From: Balanoglossus misakiensis
Lineage: Eukaryota; Animalia; Hemichordata
Direction: 5' to 3'
NCBI GenBank assembly: GCA_040954595.2
Contig: CM082589.2
Coordinates: 2,039,498 to 2,103,497 of the forward strand
Length of the DNA stretch: 64,000 nucleotides
This document shows positions 58,119 to 64,000 of the stretch, in pieces. A program made the position numbers and the translations under genes. Position 1 is the first letter of the stretch. Every line of letters begins with the position of its first letter. Under the pieces are notes generated by a model, which was given only the letters and a program-made list of their open reading frames with translations, made no database searches and was not told the DNA's origin.

Positions 58119-61100
58119 ATGTCTTCGGTAAGTCTTCGGTTATTATCACATTTTTAAAATCATCATGGACTTAAAAGTACAAGTATAACTGGTTGCTGAA
58201 GTTTCTCAAGCTCAGTCTCCGACTATGGCATGCAAAGCCAACCCACGTAGCTTCTGATTACGATGAAGGGTGGATGATCTCGAGACAAATATCAAGTACA
58301 TCAAACCACCAAATTGGACAGACTTCGTTGTCTATGGGTAGAACACACTCTATGACATCTTATCAATCGCTAACGATATAGTCAATTCATGACAGTTATA
58401 TTCATGTATGCTGAATTTTGACAATCCCATATAAACGGAAGTACAAAGATGCACAAACCCGTGGATTTTTAGTGAATTTATCTGAGAGTAGGCAAGGGGT
58501 CAACAAAAATAACTCAATTGTCTTGACAACAATAGACACCCAGAGCCAAAATGATTGCCACGCTGGGCAAAGATCAAATCATTCTAGAGCGGATTTAAAC
58601 GAGAATGCAATTACTACTTTTAGTTTGTTTATATGTTTATTTGGATTAAAATTTACCCATTTTCGATAGAATAACAGACGACATACTTGGCAACCAGACC
58701 TTGCAGTAAACTATTAGTATTATCGCGACAAGATTAAACATTGTCGGCATAGTTATTTACCAATGGCGTCGTTATCTCGAAAACTGACATCGACCTCAGC
58801 TGACTCTATAGTATAGATCTGATATTATGTTTGGAGACGACTGCAAACTTGAAAGATTGGGCGAGCTATCGCACACAGACCCCTCATCGTCTGACATCAC
58901 ATATTCTTCTGCTCAAACTTGTTACGCATTAATAAAATATATTATTTCATTGTGTATTGCAACTTATTTCCTATCTCTCTACAGTATGTGTTTACAGAAT
59001 ACGAGGACGACACTGTGAGCGCTTCAAAGGTTTGTCATCATTCTTAAAGTTGATCATCGGCCCCTTTAATGTTAATTGTTTAGCAATACATGTATCATGC
59101 CTACCCATCATGCATCGGGTTTGACGGAGAATCGTCACCAAAACTGAAGCAATGGCTGATGGTTGAGTAAAATATTGTGTTTTCTTTTTTTTCAGAAAAG
59201 GACAAATCCATGGGTCATAGGCGCGGTTGTTGTAAGTTGGCATTATAGTGAATGTAAACGCTTTGGCATATAGAGTTCAAAATTACTAGTAGTATTGACG
59301 ATTTGCATGATAACCAGGTACATGTACTATATTCTACACAAGAAACCAGCGAACTGGAGAAATATGCTAGGTTCCTTAAGGTTCCTAGGTGACAATTATT
59401 ATCCTCAGTTGTTTGCAACGATGTGTTGATTACGAAGTAAACAAAAATGTCTCGTCCTTCCTTCCTGTCTATCGCAGTGCATTGTTGGAGCGTGTTGTAT
59501 CGGTATTGGCATAGGCATTGGATATTTAATCTTCAATGAGGCGGAAGGTAAGACAGTGTAGCTTATCCCTTTGAAGAAAATGTTTCCCCGCTTCTAATGA
59601 CTTATTGGGATATTAACTGGTCTCTTAGATATGTGTTATTTAACGCGAATCTCTTAAATATTCATAGTTATAGAAACGGTGACGATAACACCAGAACCCG
59701 CCCCTCCTCCAAAGTGGCTTGATTTACCGTGTGAAACGAATCAAGAACCCATTTGTCCTGCAGGGTGAGTGGGAAAATTTAATTCATTCCTAACATTATG
59801 TGTAAAAATGTGTGAAGACTAAAACGATATTAGTACAACCGTGTACATTTTTACATAAGTTTGGTTCATAAATCTATACCTCAATACATAGTTAAACGTC
59901 TTTCCCTCTCTCTCTCTCTTCTCCCTCTCTCTCTCTATCCCTCTCTTGTGGTGATAACTTGCAAATCCAGGTATTCTCGTCCACCGATGCTTTTGATCTC
60001 TTTAGATGGCTTCAGAGCCGAATATTTATCGAGAGGCATTACGCCAAACATCCAAAAATTAGGTAAGATCATTGGTATAATTATAAATCATTGGCATAAT
60101 TATAAATCACTGTTTCTTTACGTATTTCCTGTCTCCTAACCTTCCAGCTGATTGTGGTGTGTACGCGCCATATATGTTACCAGTCTTCCCTACCTACACT
60201 TTCCCGAACCACTACAGCATGGTCACGGTAAGTGAACTTTGAACTTTGATCTCTCAGTTTCTATAGAGACCTTACAGAATACCAATCATGCGATAACTAC
60301 TTTAAATATGGTTACTTTTCTGAATTCTAGGGCATGTACCCAGAAGCTCACGGAATCGTTGCCAATAGCATGTATGATCCAGAAATGGACAAGTCCTTTA
60401 GTTTGAGCAGCGACGAAAAATTGAACCCAGAATGGTGGGAGGACGGTATTCCGGTATGTAATACTATGGGTATTAGGACGGCCACCCCCGGATATTTGCC
60501 GCCCAGGCATCTCCCACACACCAATCAGAGCTAGATGGTAGGGGTAGATGACGAGGGGGAACTGTCCTATTTGTACATAACATGCTATGATTTGCGCTTT
60601 GGCATTCTGTCTCGCCTATCGTGCTCGATTGAAACAGGTACAATCATCAAATTAACTAGTTTTAATTTTTAAATCACCATTGAAACTAGATCTGGGAAAC
60701 AGCTGAGAGACGCGGTATGAAGACAGCAGGGTTCTTCTGGCCAGGCACAGATGTCAAAATACATGGTATGACCACTTCCGTTTCCGGTCTGTACTTGTTA
60801 TAACGATGAAAAAATGTCAAGTTTAAGTAGAAAATTAAATGCTGTTTCAAGTCGTTGCCATGTCTAAAATGACACCTAGAAGCCTGTATCATTTGCGTTT
60901 GCATATATTGAATTGTTTTTGACTTGCAGTGACTAACCACAGTCATTTATGTTTTCATTCTTAATATGTTACAGGTATGTACCCATCATACTGGCACCTC
61001 TATGCAGAGTAAGTTGAGTTATCGCGCTCCATAATGAAAGAGTTTTCAGTTTCGACAGTTTATGTTTTTATACGGCGAAGTGTGAAGCCAAATAAATCAT

Positions 61101-63910
61101 TTAGGGACAAAACAACAACTTTATCGATTTATCCATAGACTGTCTATGATTTATCCTACATCACATGTCTTATTCACTTTTTCTATCTTTCTGGTCAATA
61201 GTGGTGTCTCCTTCATGCAGAGAATTATGACTGTGCTGTCGTGGCTGGCTATTCCAGACGAAGAACTCAGGTAAGCTCAGTGATTAAACACAGATTAAAG
61301 TTATACAACCAGGTGTGAAATTTATCACCTGAGATGTACGTGTAAAATATCGTAATACGTAATATGGTTAACTTTATTAATTGGTGGTAACCGCTGCTAA
61401 CTAATTTGCATTGGCCGTGGCTCCGAATTACTTTCCAGGCCTGGGTTCATGGCGGCATACTTCGATGAACCAGACTCTGTTGGCCATGACTACGGACCGG
61501 TGAGTCCTGAGGTAGGCGAGATTTTCATTTTTTGATAATGAGGGTGGGTAGGGCAATAGGGTCTAAGTTTATCTTAACAGGCCAAGCAACCTTTACTACC
61601 GAAGGAAACAAGTTGGAAAACTGCCCAACACGCCAAATGTCTAGATTTAAAGCTAAATTTCGCAGAAAGATAGAAACTTCTACCGAATTTCCTATTTACA
61701 TTTATATCGCAGACAGACGAAATGTTGATCGAAATGGATAATTTGATTGGGTATCTGATGGACGGTGTTGTTCATCTGGGCCTCGCTAATTGTCTGGACA
61801 TTATCATCGTGGCCGATCACGGAATGGCGCCGATATCCTGCAACCGTACCTACTTTTGTCATGACGTAAGTATGATGTATTGTTTTACATTCAATGATGC
61901 ATGTTTGCGTTTAATTCCATCGCAAAAGACGGCGAATTCTGTACGCAACACCAAATTGGCCGAAGTTACCGTGGGTTACGTTTCTCTGATATAGCGCCAT
62001 CAAGCGTTATCATTAAACTTTTTCTTACATTCGTTTTACCAGCCGAAAAGTGAAGTAAAAGATTTAATTTTGTGGTACAGTGTCAGCCCCTTTCTTACAG
62101 TATGTCAACAGCGATGAATATTACATTAGAACTGGCGCTATAGCACGTTTGGACCCGAAAGATAACGGTATGTAGTTGCATGTAATCGCACTTGATCACT
62201 GTTATGGGAACATCACGGGGGTTCACCGAATTATTTAAATTCTATAAAGCCCCAAGTGATATTCTTTGGTACGACTTCCTATAGCCGTGAGTCTTGTCAA
62301 CAGTTTTGCAATGAAATAATGTTTCATTTGCAAGTTATCGACACTTTTCAAAACAGTGACACCCTAAAATCGGATCTACATGTTTACTGCCACTGTAGTA
62401 GAGTATGAGAGAAAATAAACCAGTAACCTACCAGAGTATCAGACTTGTTATCCCTGTGTATCTGTAGTGGCGAAGGAGCTTCCATCTTGTAGCCTGGGCT
62501 TTGTCAAACACACACAACTATTCCATGTCAGAAATTCCAGAGAAGGGCCGGGGACAAACGGTACCTGTAGAGATATCCATATCCACACACATTAGATAAT
62601 TGCTCCATGATTTTCCGGGTGTACTGACGCTTGGAGGCGTGGGTCTATTTTCCACAGATTTTGTTCAAATCTTGTCGAACAACACGACGAAAAGTTGCAT
62701 ATCACTCTCTAGTCCACACAACGCGTGCCATGTCTTCCCACTTAATTACGCAACTGAGCAGAGCCAACTCATCCACGTGGTCGAACACGTCACGAGACAC
62801 GCGTCCAGTTTCAAGCCAGCTGGCACCATCCAATCATAATAATTAACCACCTGTTAGGCTATGGCCAGCCAATAAAGCGAAAAAGTGCAGACTCATCGTC
62901 GCTGGCGCTTGCCCCAGACAATAGAACAGAACATGGGGAACGTGCATATGAATTGACTAATTAGAAAACGGTTTCCGTTCACACCATGTTACTGGCAGCA
63001 AAATATGGATTATCGATGTTATAAAGCCGTATCCACAATCAAAAATAAATATCATAACATTCCCCTACATTTTCAATTTACTTTCAATTGTATTTATTCA
63101 ACATTAACTGTAGATTTTCCGTCTCTGCAGCTGCCATCAAAGACCCAGACGAAATTGTTGCACAATTCCAGGTAACAAGTCAGCGATATTAATTAGTAAA
63201 TCGATGCTTTAAAGTTGATTCAAACCTGTTTAAGTGTAATCTATTCCTGAAAACACCACGATTCAAGAAACCATTTCAGATACAGTGCCTCCACAGGTCG
63301 CTATTTGAAGGCTAAACTACATTCGCTAACTTCTGATTCTTTTCAGTGTCAAGAAGAACACTTGGCGGCCTACACAAAATGGAATCTGCCCAAAAATTGG
63401 CATTATGCCGACAGTATACGGATTGAGGATTCAGTCGTTGTGTCTGATGAGGAATATTACATTTCCATGTAAGTTTCTCTCAAGATGTCAGTAAACGAAA
63501 ATATTTATTGAAAAATTACTTCCTTGGAAAAATTAATTGATTTGTCAATGAACCTTTGCTTCACAGTAAGTTGGACGAATCTTACGACCCGTCATATTGT
63601 TCTGGCGGTAACCATGGATGGGATCAAAGAGGCGTGAAGATGGAGGTCAGTGTGACAAGGTCTACTCTGGCGAATTTGCCTTTTAATCTGTAAGAGCCAC
63701 AGTCTAGAAAATTGTTTTATAATTTGCTTGAGTGACATGATTCCAAAGTATTTTTCAAACTAATTACATGAGGGCTCTGTTTGTGATTAATTCGCGCAAT
63801 GTCTCTTTTTTCGCTCTGCCAGTCTCTTTTCTTGGCGCATGGACCTGCTTTCAAACAAAAACTGGAAATCGAACCTTTCTACAATATCGAGTTGTATCCA
63901 TTGATGGCAG
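58119..63910 (+). CDS. ENPP1/3-like ectonucleotide pyrophosphatase/phosphodiesterase, tandem copy 4 (runs off the window end)
   Basis: Probable first exon ATG TCT TCG|GTAAGT 58119-58127; 59196-59231; TM 59478-59547; SLDGFR ~59971-60062; PTYTFPNHY 60148-60227; 60331-60453; DEPDSVGH ~61438-61511; ADHGM ~61713-61865; YCSGGNHG ~63567-63645; last visible exon 63823-63910. Closest to copy 3. Confidence 0.9.
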
Positions 63911-64000
63911 GTATGATCTTTAATTAAACCTTCCTGTCTGTCTGTCTATGAGCCCATATACACGACTTCATTTTCTTTTGAGAAACATAATTCGTCTTCG

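Noticed and set aside
60473-60569. Weak inverted repeat TAGGAC...GTCCTA in an intron of copy 4
   Set aside because: Too degenerate to call a MITE without a repeat library.

Overview
Eukaryotic genomic DNA (spliceosomal introns, microsatellites, MITEs), with gene content suggesting a marine invertebrate deuterostome (inference only); no prokaryotic features. All recognisable genes are on the + strand. (1) The 3' part of a HUNK/AMPK-related Ser/Thr kinase (exons 10559-16165), preceded by at least 10.5 kb of CpG-rich sequence with no recognisable coding exon. (2) A complete LRP-like type I receptor (20540-28538): three YWTD propellers, two EGF, one Sushi, a mucin stalk, and no LDLa repeats. (3) An intronless class A GPCR (30051-31082). 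(4) A head-to-tail array of four ENPP1/3-like ectonucleotide pyrophosphatase/phosphodiesterases lacking somatomedin-B domains (34632 to beyond 64000). The most unusual observations are a strongly over-represented palindrome TACATGTA resembling a Tc1/mariner excision footprint, a decayed laminin EGF-like exon fragment lying antisense in one ENPP intron (where the octamer reads as a 6-nt insertion at a TA), divergent substrate pockets and patchwork similarity among the ENPP paralogues, and three GC-AG introns. Exon coordinates were read by eye and may be off by 1-2 nt.
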